From positions 4,154,001 to 4,218,000 of the forward strand of contig CP158636.1 of assembly GCA_050273025.1 (NCBI GenBank): DNA of 64,000 nucleotides. Direction: 5' to 3'. The position numbers were made by a program, and so were the translations under genes. The number at the start of each line of letters is the position of its first letter. Position 1 is the first letter of the stretch. Positions 51,452-64,000 of this stretch are shown here, piece by piece. The notes under the pieces are model-generated. The model was given only the letters and a program-made list of their open reading frames with translations. It was not told the DNA's origin and did no database searches. This DNA comes from Cenococcum geophilum (Eukaryota).

Positions 51452-53352
51452 GCCTTAATTACAGCGCCGATATTAAAACTATAGGCTATAGCGTATAATT
51501 CGGAAGTTAGTACACTTTTAGTAACTCTCTTGCACTTAACTAAGGACTAGTAGATAATATTCGCCTTATTTAGTAAGTCTGCTAGTACTAGGATATATCT
51601 AATCTATAATAAAAGGTCCTTATTATTTATAAATAAGGAATTAGTAAATATAAGTAGTTAAAGTGTTTTTATATTAAGTTTAACAAAGCTTAAGCCTCTT
51701 ATTAAGTTCTTAATTTGCTACTAAATTCTCTTATTAAGTGGTTTTGCGTTTTTCTCGTTAGGGTTAATTACCTAGGCAGCATAAAATAAATTAAAAAAAG
51801 CTTTAGGCTAGCATATAGACGCAATATAGGCTCCTCTTACTCATTAGGCGACGTATTAGTCTTTAGGTGTAAGTACTATACAAATAGTGCCTCTAGAACT
51901 AGTTATTATAATAGCTTCCTTAATATTAATAAGGATTAAATTCTGGTATTAGCGCTCCTATATAAGCGTAATTATGTAATCCTATTATCGGATAATACCT
52001 CCGTTAAACTTAATTAGGTACTCCGGCGTAAGTTGCTCGCGTTTCTTAGTTAGAAACTTAGCTTCCTTAATCTTCTCCTATTCTAAAGCTATAAAGACTA
52101 AGTTAGCTAGTAGAAGGGTATTATTAGTCTATAGACTAACTATTCCAAAATTTATAGGGTTATTAAGGTAAAATAGGCAGGGGTTATAAGTAGATTAGCT
52201 TATATTTAGTTCTTTAATATAGTAATTATAGTAAGTCTTAAACTAATAATTGCCTACTTTAGGGATACCGTATAAAGGTCTAATAACTTTTAGAATTGTG
52301 CCTTATAAGACTTTAAGTGCTATATTAAGTTTAAGAGGTACTCTAATATAGAAGTCTTAATTTAGTTTTATAGCTAATTATATATAGGCCTATAAGATAT
52401 CTTATAAGTAGAGATATATACTATTATTCTAAGTTATAGCTATAATACAGAGAATAAGGCGTTAGCTAACTTATTAGATTATAAATAATTAGGTTAGTAT
52501 AAGGTCTTTTTCTAAATAATTATATACCTATATAACTAGTCTCGACTTCTTAAAGGCTTTATTAGTATTAGGGGTTTTAATCTTATTAACGAATCTAAAG
52601 TTAAATACTCTATTACTTTATAGTATATCTTTAGGGTTAACTAGTTTAAAAACTCTTTTCTTAAGTAATCCCTTAATCTCCTTTTAGTGTAATACTACAA
52701 ACCAATTAGAATTTATAAGTTAATTATTATCCTTATCTTATAAATATATTAAAATATTCGCAGTATTAGCTTTAATAGGGTACTTATATAGTCTACCTCT
52801 TCTACGTTTAATAGGTTAAGGTCTAGGCTTAGTTTAAGGTAGGGGTTTAGGCTTAGTTTAAGGTAGAAGTCTAGGCTTAGTTTAAGGTAGTTCACTTTTA
52901 TTATTTTTTAGCTGCGTATCCTCTATAATTTTAGGGTCTACTAAATATAGTTTTACAACTGTGCTGTGGAAGTTAGTAGGTTTATAGGGAAGTTATATAG
53001 TAAAGGTCTTATTTTTAATACTAAGCAGGTTATACGGACCAGACTAGTAACTAAGTTAGCCTATAGGTCCTTCTCTCTATACTAATACGGGTGAGTTAAG
53101 TAGTAAGTTATAAATTATAGTTATCTTAGGTCTATTACGCATGTTAAGGGCATCTGCTATTTAGCGCTTAGCTTTAAGCTTTTTAACTTCTTCTATAGCC
53201 TTTTTAAGAGCTACTACTCGTTATATAACTGTAGGGTTAGGTACGTCGGATTCTATTATATATAAGTAAGCTCTAAATACTAGTAAGGTGGGTATAAGGC
53301 CGTTAGGGCCTACGAAATTGTTAATTGCTTTAAAAGCTATTTATAGAGCTAT

Positions 53353-56300
53353 TGTGGTGGGGTAAAATGGGCCACTACTTAGTGCCTTGGCATTTTCCTG
53401 TATATATTGAGCCTTTGGCTTCTCTCCTCACTATAACGACCTACTGGAATACATTCTTTCCTTTCTTCTTACTGACTGCTTTCCTACTGATTGATTACGA
53501 CTGATGACCGACTAACTGACCGACCGACCGACCGACAGATAGATAGACGGCACTGTGACTTTCCTATCTAAGAGTGGTCGTACCCTCCTATATATTTTAT
53601 GGCATTCCATGTGGGGACGATGGCAAGCTCTTTGGATTAGAAGTCTGGCATTCTATATATAACTATATACATAGGAGATACGCGCAGGAATATACTATGA
53701 CTATAGAAGAACCGCTAGCTGTAGAAGAACGACTAGCTGCAGAAGAACCGCCAGCTAGATAGACGAGAAGAAAGTAGAGAACTAGGTAGTATTGGATAGT
53801 AAGGGAAACTAGGTAGTCCCTAAACAGAAAGACAGCGGAAAAGACAGATATTAGACTTAACGTATAGGCTAAAGAGTAGTAAAAAGGAGTGGTAAAGGTC
53901 TTGGAAAGTTATGTGTAAGGACGTCTAGCAAACAGGCGAGCCAATTAGACGACTTTAACTAGTTGGAATTACCCGATATTTCTACTACCCGCGCACGAGT
54001 ATGGCTAGAGCTTTATTAAAGATATAGAGACGATAAGTAGCTAAGGGCTAACGAGATCTAAGGTATCTGGCGGTAAAGGAAGTTAGCGCTGCCCTTTAGG
54101 AATAAAAGAGAGAATACTAAGAAAGGCCGTAAGCATGTAAAATTAGATCTGCCCTTAAAAGCTTCCTATTCTAGCTTAGCTTTATCTTCTTTTAAGTTAT
54201 CCGGATTGTGTTAGTGGCGGCTATAGAGGCGTTTTATAAAGAAGTAGATATAGGCAGAAGCGTAAGGCTTAGCAGCACCCTACCGCGCGGAGTAATGGTA
54301 GGCTAAAACAGACGGACGTATCAAGACCCGGCAGTAGTAGAAGATGGTAATTCTATACTTTCCTAGGAAGACCGACCTCTAGGCGTTAAGAAGCAGCTAG
54401 AAGGAACTAAAGCCTATACTTCTTTTACTAAGTATAAACCAATACTAGGACAGCTACCTAGGACCAGTAACCCTTAGTAGACGAAGGATATAAGCCGTAA
54501 GGACCACCTACAAGCTCCTAAGGAAGCGCTAAATATACGTAACCAGCGGTTAACGGCTTAAGATAAGGTCTATATTATAGTCCAGCCTATACTAGCCCTA
54601 GGAACTGCTAGAGCTCCTTACTTTGCAGGATAGAATATATTATAGTTTATTAAGCAGTACGAACGGCTATGCGCCCGATATTATGTTATAAGCAAGGAGA
54701 AGCACTAGGGCCTTTTAGAGTACTATAATTACTAGATAGGGATGTGGATCCGAAGCCTGCCTAAGTTCGTAATTGGTAACTAGACGGAGCTTATAAGAAG
54801 GCTTAGGACTAAATATTAAGCTAAGGACTACTATCAACGCATGGAGACAAGAGACTTTATTAAGGCATTTATTAGGAAGTTAGCGGAGCAGCTAGGAAAT
54901 CTGTGTTACTACATACAAGATTTTACTAGTATCTTAACTAAAGTAGTAGCTATAGGAAACCTTACTAAGTAAGAGAAGGGGCGATAGTTTATATAAGGAC
55001 TTTTAACTAACTACCGCAAGCACGTAATAGAAAAGATAGGGGCCGTAGTAGACGAGCCTAGTACCCTTATATTTGAGAGACTAAAGGAGGCCGTAGAGTT
55101 AAGGATAGTGGCTGTAGAGGGCGCTAAGCGAATAGATGTCCTTTTGGAAGAAAACACCCTAAATGTCCAGCTTATACAGGAGCTACGACAGTAAAGGGAT
55201 GGGCTCAACTATAGGAGAGAAGGAAGACTTCTTAACCTAGCTAGGCCAGGTGTATACAAAGGAGCCCCAATACAGCAGCAGTCACCTATAACGGATTAGG
55301 AAATAGACAAAACGGTAGGGCAGCTAAGGAGCCTAAAATTAACCAAGACGGAGCTTGCGGCAGCTGTATAGTTAATACCGTTTTTTAATTAAATATAGAA
55401 GGACCTAAAGAAGCTTACGACGCTTTCGAATTAAGCCGTAGCTTAAGGCCCAGTATAAGGATATGGCCTAGTACTAGGATATAAAGACTGGCAGAACAGC
55501 ACCCGAGCTCCCTTTGCTCCGTAAGACTTTTAATATCTATATAATTTTTAATATCCGCAAGACTATTGACCTCTATAAGACTCTTAATATCCGCAAGGTT
55601 CTACCGCCTTTGGACGGCCGCAACGGAACACATAGGGTACGCGAGGACAAGGCCTACAGACCTGTTTTAGATATAGAGGAAGTTACCGTTTTACCGAGCA
55701 CGAATATTAAGGCTTAAAGGATCTTATTTAGTAAGGATTTGTGCATCTATCTAATTAAGGAAGACTAGCAGCTAAGACACGCGATCGGCCTAGACCTGTA
55801 CTCTTATAGCTCGGCAATAAAGGACGACTAAAAGGTATTAAGAACTGGCTCCGTACGTACTAAGGAGCAGACCTAAATAAACCAAAGAAAGAATAGACAC
55901 AGTAGCAGGCCTTCCATAACGGAGCAGCGCTAAAAATTAGTAATAAGAAAAGTATAAACTGGGGGGACTACTATTAGAATTGCCTGACCCTTAAAGACAG
56001 CTATACAACTAGGACAGCTATAAAGCCGTAGGAGAATAATGTACAACCAGGAGATTACGTCTAGATTAGGTTACGGCCTATAGATAAGGTAGCTGAAGCT
56101 AGGGAAGACTATTATTAAGTGGTACCTATAGACGGATCGTTTAACTCTTGGCCGCGACCTTAGAGATAACTGTGCAACTAGGCTCCGCAGTAAGTACTAT
56201 AGTAGGCTCCGCAGCAGGCTCTGCCGTAGGTATAGGATTTTCGACTAGGGGACAGTCAAGTTCTAAGGTAGGGGAGGGGACGTAGGTGACGGCCGGTAAA

Positions 56301-59300
56301 AGATTTCTATTTATCTGCTTATTTACTATATTTCCTAAAGCTCCTTTCTTGTTTACTTTCTTAATTGCGATACATCAACGCGTCCTACTATAAAGATGTT
56401 AGTTTAGCTTACCGCCTATTACCAAGCTAATAGCGATTTTCTATGCCCGGCACGGAAAATCTTAATTAGTTTATTTAGCAGTAGAACCGGCAGAACTCTA
56501 CACCGCCCCTAGAATTCGATAATACGCTAGCTGTACAACAAGAACGGCACTAAGAGCCTTAATTAATTGCACGGATATAGAGCCAATTATACAATACAGA
56601 GCCAGATGCAGAGCTGTACGCGGAGCCTTAATTAAACGACTATACGGAAGCCTTGGTCTCGAATAACCGCATAGAAGCTACGGTTAGTCGAAGGAACGAA
56701 TCAAGCCAGAGCCTCGATATCAGCACGTCGCCGTCACTAAATCGTATCAGTTGAATGTCGTTAAATTAGAGCCTTTAACCGGGCCAACTTTGTTCCTTAT
56801 TTAAACAACAGCTAATTACAGCTCTGCCCTACCACCCGAATTTAGTACTGTATTGACTGCACGACGAGAACAAACACCGCAATAAGGAAGGGACTTATAT
56901 AAAGGCAGTAGTATAATATTAGTGATAAAGTACCGCGTGCTTAGGCCATCCTTATACGACTAAAGATAGGATAAAGCCGTATCTAGCCAAGCCAGTGAAG
57001 GACCTTATTAGGGTTTACAAGGGGAACAGGAATTGGACGTACAGGAGCCAGCGCTTTTCCTTAGAGGTTGTCTAATAAAGGACTGTATTATAGACATAAG
57101 GGCAAGGGATATGCGACGGAGGTAGTTATAATAGCTAAGAAGCTACTACTAGATGACAAAGAGACTAGAAGTAGAAGACAGCCCCTAGAAGGCTCTTAAG
57201 CTGAAAGAAGATTAAGGACACGTAAGCGTACTACCAGCAGCGGGGGCAAAGGAGCAGCCTAAGATGCGCTGAAGAAGCTAAGTGCAAAAACGGCCTAGAA
57301 AGAGAAGAAAGTAGCTATCAAGGACGTCCCAGAAAAGCACTAGGCCTACTATAGTAGTTTAGAGGAAGCTACCGTTAGTGCTCGCAAATAAGGAAGTCTT
57401 AAGATAGGTCTCTGGATTAGATGTCTAGTAGACACTAAGAGCCCTGATTATACAATGCGAAGCCTTAATCGACTGTATAGATATAAGGCTTTAATTAAAC
57501 GACTGTGCAGCCAGAGTCTTGATTAATTATCTATAGATGCCGAACCTATGGATGCAGAGCCTTAATTATATATATAGTAGAAGACACCTTAAGTTAAGCC
57601 AGAGCCTTAGTTAAATCCTAATTAGTTGAACGCCGCCTATATAAGTTAAGTTGTTAAATTAGAGCCTTTGGTCGGGCCGACCTAATACCCTATTTAGACG
57701 TCTGTTGATCGTACGTTGTTACAGTTAAATTAAATCAGTCACTATCGCCGTTAGACGTCTTTAATCGGCAGTTAAAGATGCATTATTATAGGCACGCAGG
57801 CACTAGACCTAATTAGGAAATTAGTATACGGCTAGAAGCACGTTGGAAACACAGTTAATTAAAGTTTTAGAGCCTCTGCGAGAGCGTCTTCCCTTAGCTG
57901 TCCCCCCCCCTTATTAATTAATTACTGCCCGTCTCGACGCCCACGGATTGGTTAACTAAAACAATCTTTCCTGCAAATATAAATACGGAGCTTTACACGG
58001 AGTCTTACACGGAGTTATATATGGACCCTACGGATATGGAGCATATAGGTATAGAGCCTTGATTAGATAACAGTACGGCAGCTTAACTGGACGCCTATAA
58101 ATGCGAAGCCTTGACCGATCGGATGTCTATACGGAAGCTTTAATTAACTATCTATAAATGTAAAGCCCTAGTTGTATATGCAGCAGATACCTTGAGTTAA
58201 GCTAGGGCCTTATTAAGTCTAGATTAGCTGAACGCCATCTTCGCACGTAAATTAGGATAGTTAGAGCCTTTAACCGGGCCGACTTTTTACCTTAATTAAA
58301 CGACCGAACGATTAGTTGTAGCACGTCGTCGCCGACTAATTAGATAGTCTTCGTCCGACAGTTAAAGCAGGTATATAGGCACCCACGTAGACATAGACGC
58401 AGACTATATAATATAGAGCTACTAATGCACAGCTAGATGCACAGTCAGCCGCACAGTTAGATGCAGAGCTATGCGGACGTAAAGCTTGGCGATATAGGGC
58501 CTAATGCAACGCCACGGATAGAGCCTTAATTAAGAGCTGTGTATAATATAGACCGATGCAGAGCTAGGTATAGAGCCTTAATATTAAACGACTAGCCGAA
58601 CTACCGAGTCGGGTTATAGCCTCTACCGTCTTGATCGACTGCCCTACTACCGCCGCCGCTGCTGCTACTATTCCGTCTAACTGTTCTGTCCCTACTGTCT
58701 CAACTAATTACTCTATCTCTACTATTTTAGATCTATACCGTTACTAGATCTATTTTACTGCTAGATCTGCTGGATCTGCTATAACGCCTAACTGTTCTGA
58801 CCAACCTATTCCGTTCTAGTTTCCACTGACTACTATTTTAACCAATCTATTCTACTGCTGCCGACCAGCTATTCTACCGCTGTTACTACTACCATTGCTG
58901 TTCCGACTGTTCCGTTCTATTATTCCAATTGTTCTACTGCTACTATTCTTACTAACTACTACTGACCGTCTGCCGCTACCGAGATTTTTACTACTAAAAG
59001 TTCTGCTGCTGGATGTCCTACTATTTACTAACTGTTACCGAATTCTTCTACTAAGTATTCTACCGCGCTAACTGTCTGCCGTATTACTATTACTATTACC
59101 GTTACTGTTGCTGCTGTTACTGCTATTACTGCTGTTGCTATTATTGCTGCTACCGTTATTATTTCTAGTTTACTGCTGTCCTAGTTACTAGGTTAGATCT
59201 TAGCTATGGGTAGTAGAGGGGCACTATAGAACAGTTTTATAGGAGAGCTGAGGATAGGGTTATCTGAGTTCTTTTAGGGGTGTGCTTTCCTTTTTCTATT

Positions 59301-59619
59301 CTGCTTTTGCTTTACTTTTGTTTAGCTATTCTTCTATAGTATAGAACGTTAGGGGACAACGTTCTTAGTAGGGGAGGTATATGGTGGGGTAAAATGGGCC
59401 ACTACTTAGTGCCTTGGCATTTTCCTGTATATATTAAGCCTTTGGCTTCTCTCCTTACTATAATGACCTACCGGAATACATTCTTTCCTTTCTTCTTACT
59501 AACTGCTTTCCTACTAATTAATTATGACTAACGACCGACCGACTGACTGACTGACCGACCGACAGACAGACAGACGGCACTGTGACTTTCCTATCTAAGA
59601 GTGGTCGTACCCTCCCACA
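53353..59619 (+). mobile_element. LTR element family E: gag-like ORF, no recognisable pol (non-autonomous)
   Basis: 240-bp LTRs 53353-53592 and 59380-59619; 4-bp TSD CTAT; PPT-like AGTAGGGGAGG before the 3' LTR; gag-like (P)GTA(G)APYFAG(Q)N(VTQ)FIKQYERLC near 54598-54672. No RT/RNase H/integrase motifs seen. Confidence 0.88.
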
Positions 59620-60670
59620 CTATGTCCTTACCAATATCTAGTAGTTTTGTAATAATAATATAGTATATATAATAGAGGGGGCTATAATAGTGTTCTACTA
59701 TTTTAACTAAAGTATAGGCTTTAACAGGCACGCTTTTTGTAGCTATTCTAAGTATTATAGCGTATTATTTAAATTCCTTACTTATAAAGTTCTTGCCTAT
59801 ATTATATATAATAATATTAGGGGGTCCTAGGTATATATTAATCCAGTATATTCGTAATATATTCTATATATGCTTAGCGCTAATACTTTATAGCTATATA
59901 CTAGTTTAAAATTATATTCCTTTATTAATAATATATAAAAGGGGTCCGCCATTAATATACATAATATTAACTATAATTAAATAGTTAAAGTTAATATTAT
60001 TATATAAGATAAATCTAAATCTACTAGGCAACTTTCTATATTTTTAATAATGGTAGCAGTAGCGGATAAGATAATTTAAGGTTTTACTATTAATATTATA
60101 TCCTAAGCGTTTAAGTATTCGTGCAAGACACTTAACTAAAGGGTGGCTAAAGCGACGATATAATCGTCTCAATTTAATATTAGTTAAGTAGTAAGGGTTT
60201 TAATTAAATAACTTAGTTAGGTAATTATATAGAGATATTTTCTAAAGTAGGAAAGGGTAGCTAAAGCGGTATATAACCGGTACTTCGCTTTAAGGGGTAA
60301 TTAATATATTTTTTAGGTTGTTAAAGTATACTTATAGGTGGTCTATATCTACCAAGTAGAGCAAAAATAGAGTATTAGCCTTAATAATGTAAAACTTAAT
60401 TATGCTAATTAGGGTGGTTATTTGAGCTAATCCAATTAATAAGGTTAATTTAATACCGAACTATACGCTAACTATGCCTTATATAGTAGTATTAAGCTAT
60501 ATATTAGCATCGAGTCTCTAAAATACTAAAAATTGGCCATATCCTACTATAGATTATTTAGATGCTTTTATATCAATTATTATACCTATAAAGTTATTTA
60601 TAGTATAGCGGGACGTAAATAGAGTTATATTATAGGTAAAGGGGTCCTAGTTAGTTATAAGAGGTGCTAT

Positions 60671-60919
60671 TATGGTGGGGTAAAATAGGCCACTACTTAG
60701 TGCCTTGGCATTTTCCTGTATATATCGAGCCTTTGGCTTCTCTCCTTCTCTCTACCACGACCGACCGGGAATACATTCTTTCCTTTCTTCTTACTGACTG
60801 CTTTCCTACTGATTGATTACGACTGACTGACCGACCAACCGACCGACCGACCGACCGACCGACCGACAGACAGACAGCACTGTGACTTTCCTATCTGAGA
60901 GTGGTCGTACCCTCCCACA
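60671..60919 (+). mobile_element. Solo LTR of family E
   Basis: Near-identical to the E LTRs; 4-bp TSD CTAT (60667-60670, 60920-60923). Confidence 0.93.
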
Positions 60920-61678
60920 CTATATTATCTATAGTTATAACCAAATAGCTAAAGGCTTTATCGGCTAGGGTAGCAGCTATAAAATTTGCTTTATGCTATT
61001 CTACTTAGCTAAAGGAGGTATAAAAGTAATTAATATTTAGTTATAAGTTCTCGTTAGTTGCCTTATAACTTACGTTAATAATTAGTACTTAGAAAGCTTC
61101 CTTAAGCTCTTCTTCTAAGTTAATATTATTATCCTTATAGTCTATAATATATTAATTAAGTCTTTTCTTAAATCGGTTATTAAATTTGCTAAACCTATCT
61201 CTATTAGTAGTCCTAAAATTAGTTTTAGACTTTTTTTACTCCTCCTTAGTATATTTCTATAAGTGATATCCTTCTTTATTATATATAAAGCAACGTAGCC
61301 TCTATTAGTTGCTGCGGTTACTATAGTTATTACGGTTATAGTTATTATCTCTTTTATAAAATTATCGGTCTATAAAGAAAGCTTATATCTTCTCTATATG
61401 CTCTTTTCTATATACTATAATAGACGATTAAAGTTTATTAATAAGGGCTTTAAAGTTATCTAGTAGGTTAGAGACTATATATCTATATACTAGTATTCCC
61501 TAGTAAGAAGTAACAATTTTATTATAGAGGAAGTTTATAGTTTATAAGGTAGGTCTAAGGCCATACTATAGTTAATAAAGTCTATAAATTAGTAATTGGA
61601 GACATTTACTTATAGACTTATCTATATTTCCTGCCATTACTATTATAAGTATAGTGGTATTCTATTTATCTAGATTCT

Positions 61679-63931
61679 TATTACGGACCTTATATTAGCA
61701 GTAGTACAACTATTAAGAATGGATATAAGCGGGTTAGTTAAGATAGTATGGGAGGCGCTGGAACCGATTGAGCTATAGGACGAGGGGTAGCTAAGTTACG
61801 TAGCTAGTTATGTTACAAGTTTAGAACGTAGGAACGTAGGAATGTAAAAACGCGACGTACTAACGTACTAATATACCCACGTACTAAACCCTTTACTATA
61901 GGGAGGAGTTATATATTTAAGGACACACGGTCTCTATAGATAGTTTCTCTTCTTTATAGTAAATCTTAGAATATAATTAGAGTTAATCTATTAGGTAACC
62001 ACTCTACTAATTATTATTACATTATTAACTTCTTGTTTACCTATATACCTAGCCTATTAATAAGTTTACCGTAGTTCCCACTACAAGGCTTTATTATATA
62101 TTTACTACTAAAGTTATAGTATTAATAAAGTTAAATAATATACTACTAAAAGTAGTAGCCATAACGGCGTTAATAGCAGCAACTATATTGGGATTAGGTA
62201 ACGACACTAACTCTTAACTAATTACCGTTGGACAGCTATAGGAAATAGTTAATTAATTAATAGATAATAATAGGATACTTAAAGAAAGGATTAATGGGAT
62301 TAGAGTAGCTAAGGTTAAGTTACCCTTAATTAAGCGATTCTTAGGGGAAAAGTTAAAGCTTAAGGGATTCCTTATATAAATGTACTTTAAGGTTATATAG
62401 GAAGGAGTTAAACTAGGAACGCCTATAGATTAAGTTACTTATATAGGACTATTCTTAACAGGAAGAGCATTTAAGTAGTTTAAGCCTTACCTTATAGAGG
62501 TATAAGAGTATAGTATAATAACCACCAACTAGGAGGTATAATATATATTCTTAAGTTAGAGCGGGTTTATAGAACGCATAATATAGATATTTAGAGACCT
62601 AGAGGCAACTACTATAGTAAAATAAAAACTTTAAAACCTAGTATAGAGAACTTTAGTAATTAAGTATATAATATAGTTTTAAATATTAGGAATATAAGTT
62701 AAATGGAATAATAAGGCGCTTATAGTACAGTATAAATAGGGACTTAAGGCTAAAGTCTAGGATATAATTATCCTAATAGAAGATACGGATACTCTAAGGG
62801 AATTAATAGATTAAGTGATTAAGATTAATCATTAGATCTACTAAAGAGAATAGGTTAAGAGAGGCTAGGATAGAGTTCTATAGTTATATAAGACGTAGAG
62901 TACGCAATAACTAAAGCTAAGTTAGAAACTATAGTATGGCGTAAAGCTAATAGACCTAAGTAGTACTAAAGAAGTGCAATAAAACCTTGTAGGAAGTACT
63001 ACGGTAGGTTCTATTAATAGGCTAGGTGTATAAGTAATGCAAATTAAAGTTAACAACGTAATAATAACTGGTGGAGTGGTTACCTAATAGATTAACTTTA
63101 ATTATATTCTAAAAATTACTATAAGAAAGGAACTATCTAGGTAGGGATTAAGGGTCCTTAAATATATAACCGTACTCCTATAAAATCCTTCTTATACGTA
63201 ATGTACGTGTTATATATAAGGTACGTAAGTTCCTCTTATTCCTCTTATTTAATACGTAGCATGTTATATAACCTCGGTTACTATTCCTCGTTACATAGTT
63301 CTACCAGATCTATCCTAGACCGTGCTCTTATTAACTAACTAGCTTCTTCTAACTCTTCTCTAAGTAGTTATAATATTGTATTTAAAGCGTCTGTAACAAG
63401 AAGCCTATAAGAGATGGAGTAAAAAACTATAGAAACCTAGAGGTTAAGGATTTAGTAATTATAGGACTAAGGAGCAGAGGCTAAACTAGGGATTTTATTA
63501 GTAGAAGACGTTTAGGCGAACTCTATAGTAAAGTTAGTGGTTTAAAAACGGAGCTTATATAAATTATAGAAAATAAGGTTACTTTATAAGGGATTATAAA
63601 AATAGTTAGAGTTACTATATAATAAAGGGAACTAGACTAGCAGAAGACATATATATATAGAGGGATAATAGTATACTATAAGGAACAAAAGAATATTCAA
63701 TTAAAAGTTTTACATTTTATTATAATAATATATACCAAATTTATAAAGACGCTAAGTACGGCGTAAGCTATTAGCTATAAGAGCTAAAATTTATAAAGTA
63801 TAGAGGAACTAATAAACTAGTTCGTAGATCGGATATTAAGGACAATAAATTTAATATAAGCGAAACATTTTATAATAATAAGGTAATAGAAATAGCTTAC
63901 TAGGAGTATATAGACCTTAGAGATATTATAT
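61679..63931 (+). mobile_element. 5' part (LTR + gag) of a Gypsy family C relative
   Basis: LTR 61679-62098 (TATTACGGAC...) is partly the reverse complement of the C LTR; gag from about 62140 is collinear with the reverse complement of 36525-35145. Confidence 0.88.
62975..63398 (-). mobile_element. Solo LTR of family C, inserted antisense in the gag of its relative
   Basis: 424 bp, similar to 29030-29453; TSD AGAAG (62970-62974, 63399-63403). Confidence 0.92.
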
Positions 63932-64000
63932 TATAGTGGTGTGATTTGGCCCCTGGATTTAATATCTAGATTAGGCATAGCTTTAGGAGAGCCTAGGCCT
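63932..64000. mobile_element. Probable start of another inserted element (LTR?)
   Basis: Collinearity with family C stops near 63932-63935 at TAGTGGTGTGATTTGGCCCC; truncated by the window end. Confidence 0.35.

Larger units (their letters stand above)
50588..61678 (-). mobile_element. Ty1/Copia LTR retrotransposon (family D, RIPed), multiply interrupted; 5' end outside window
   Basis: Probable 3' LTR about 50588-50772 next to PPT complement CACTTCTCTTTCTTCC; RNase H VKWI(D)GDSNP.DA(M)TK near 51085-51130; RT about 51700-52700; integrase LGPP(D)II.(HDA)GKNF near 59790-59830; LRRL(H)RRF(G)HP near 60140-60172; gag zinc knuckle near 61245-61295. INT lies before RT, the Copia order. Confidence 0.9.

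Noticed and set aside
15240..55717. Remaining short ORFs in the supplied track
   Set aside because: They fall antisense or off-frame within pseudogenes and TEs, or are short stop-free pieces of them.

Overview
Filamentous-ascomycete genomic DNA heavily mutated by repeat-induced point mutation (RIP: CpA/TpG depleted, TpA in excess, TAA/TAG replacing Gln/Trp codons). Most of the window is a nest of decayed transposons. There are three Ty3/Gypsy chromovirus families (A, B, C), a gag-only LTR element (E) with 4-bp TSDs, a Ty1/Copia element (D), a hAT element split into three pieces, a Tc1/mariner remnant, two pogo-type MITEs, a 5'-truncated LINE and several solo LTRs. Many boundaries are fixed by target-site duplications. 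Between about 9 and 24 kb lies a RIP-destroyed block of ordinary host genes (beta-lactamase-like hydrolase, biotin-protein ligase, Osh4/Kes1, F-box protein, FAD monooxygenase). In its middle, one two-exon gene (17174-18257, minus strand) is intact and free of RIP. The main leads are: (i) covarying odd-length palindromes with flanking CCAAT-like boxes shared between unrelated retroelements; (ii) small Cys6 zinc-binding accessory genes carried by a Gypsy element (antisense, with an intron) and by the hAT element (DUF3716-like, next to a CGG-rich array); (iii) the un-RIPed gene island. Pseudogene peptides were back-corrected for RIP by eye. No database search was run.
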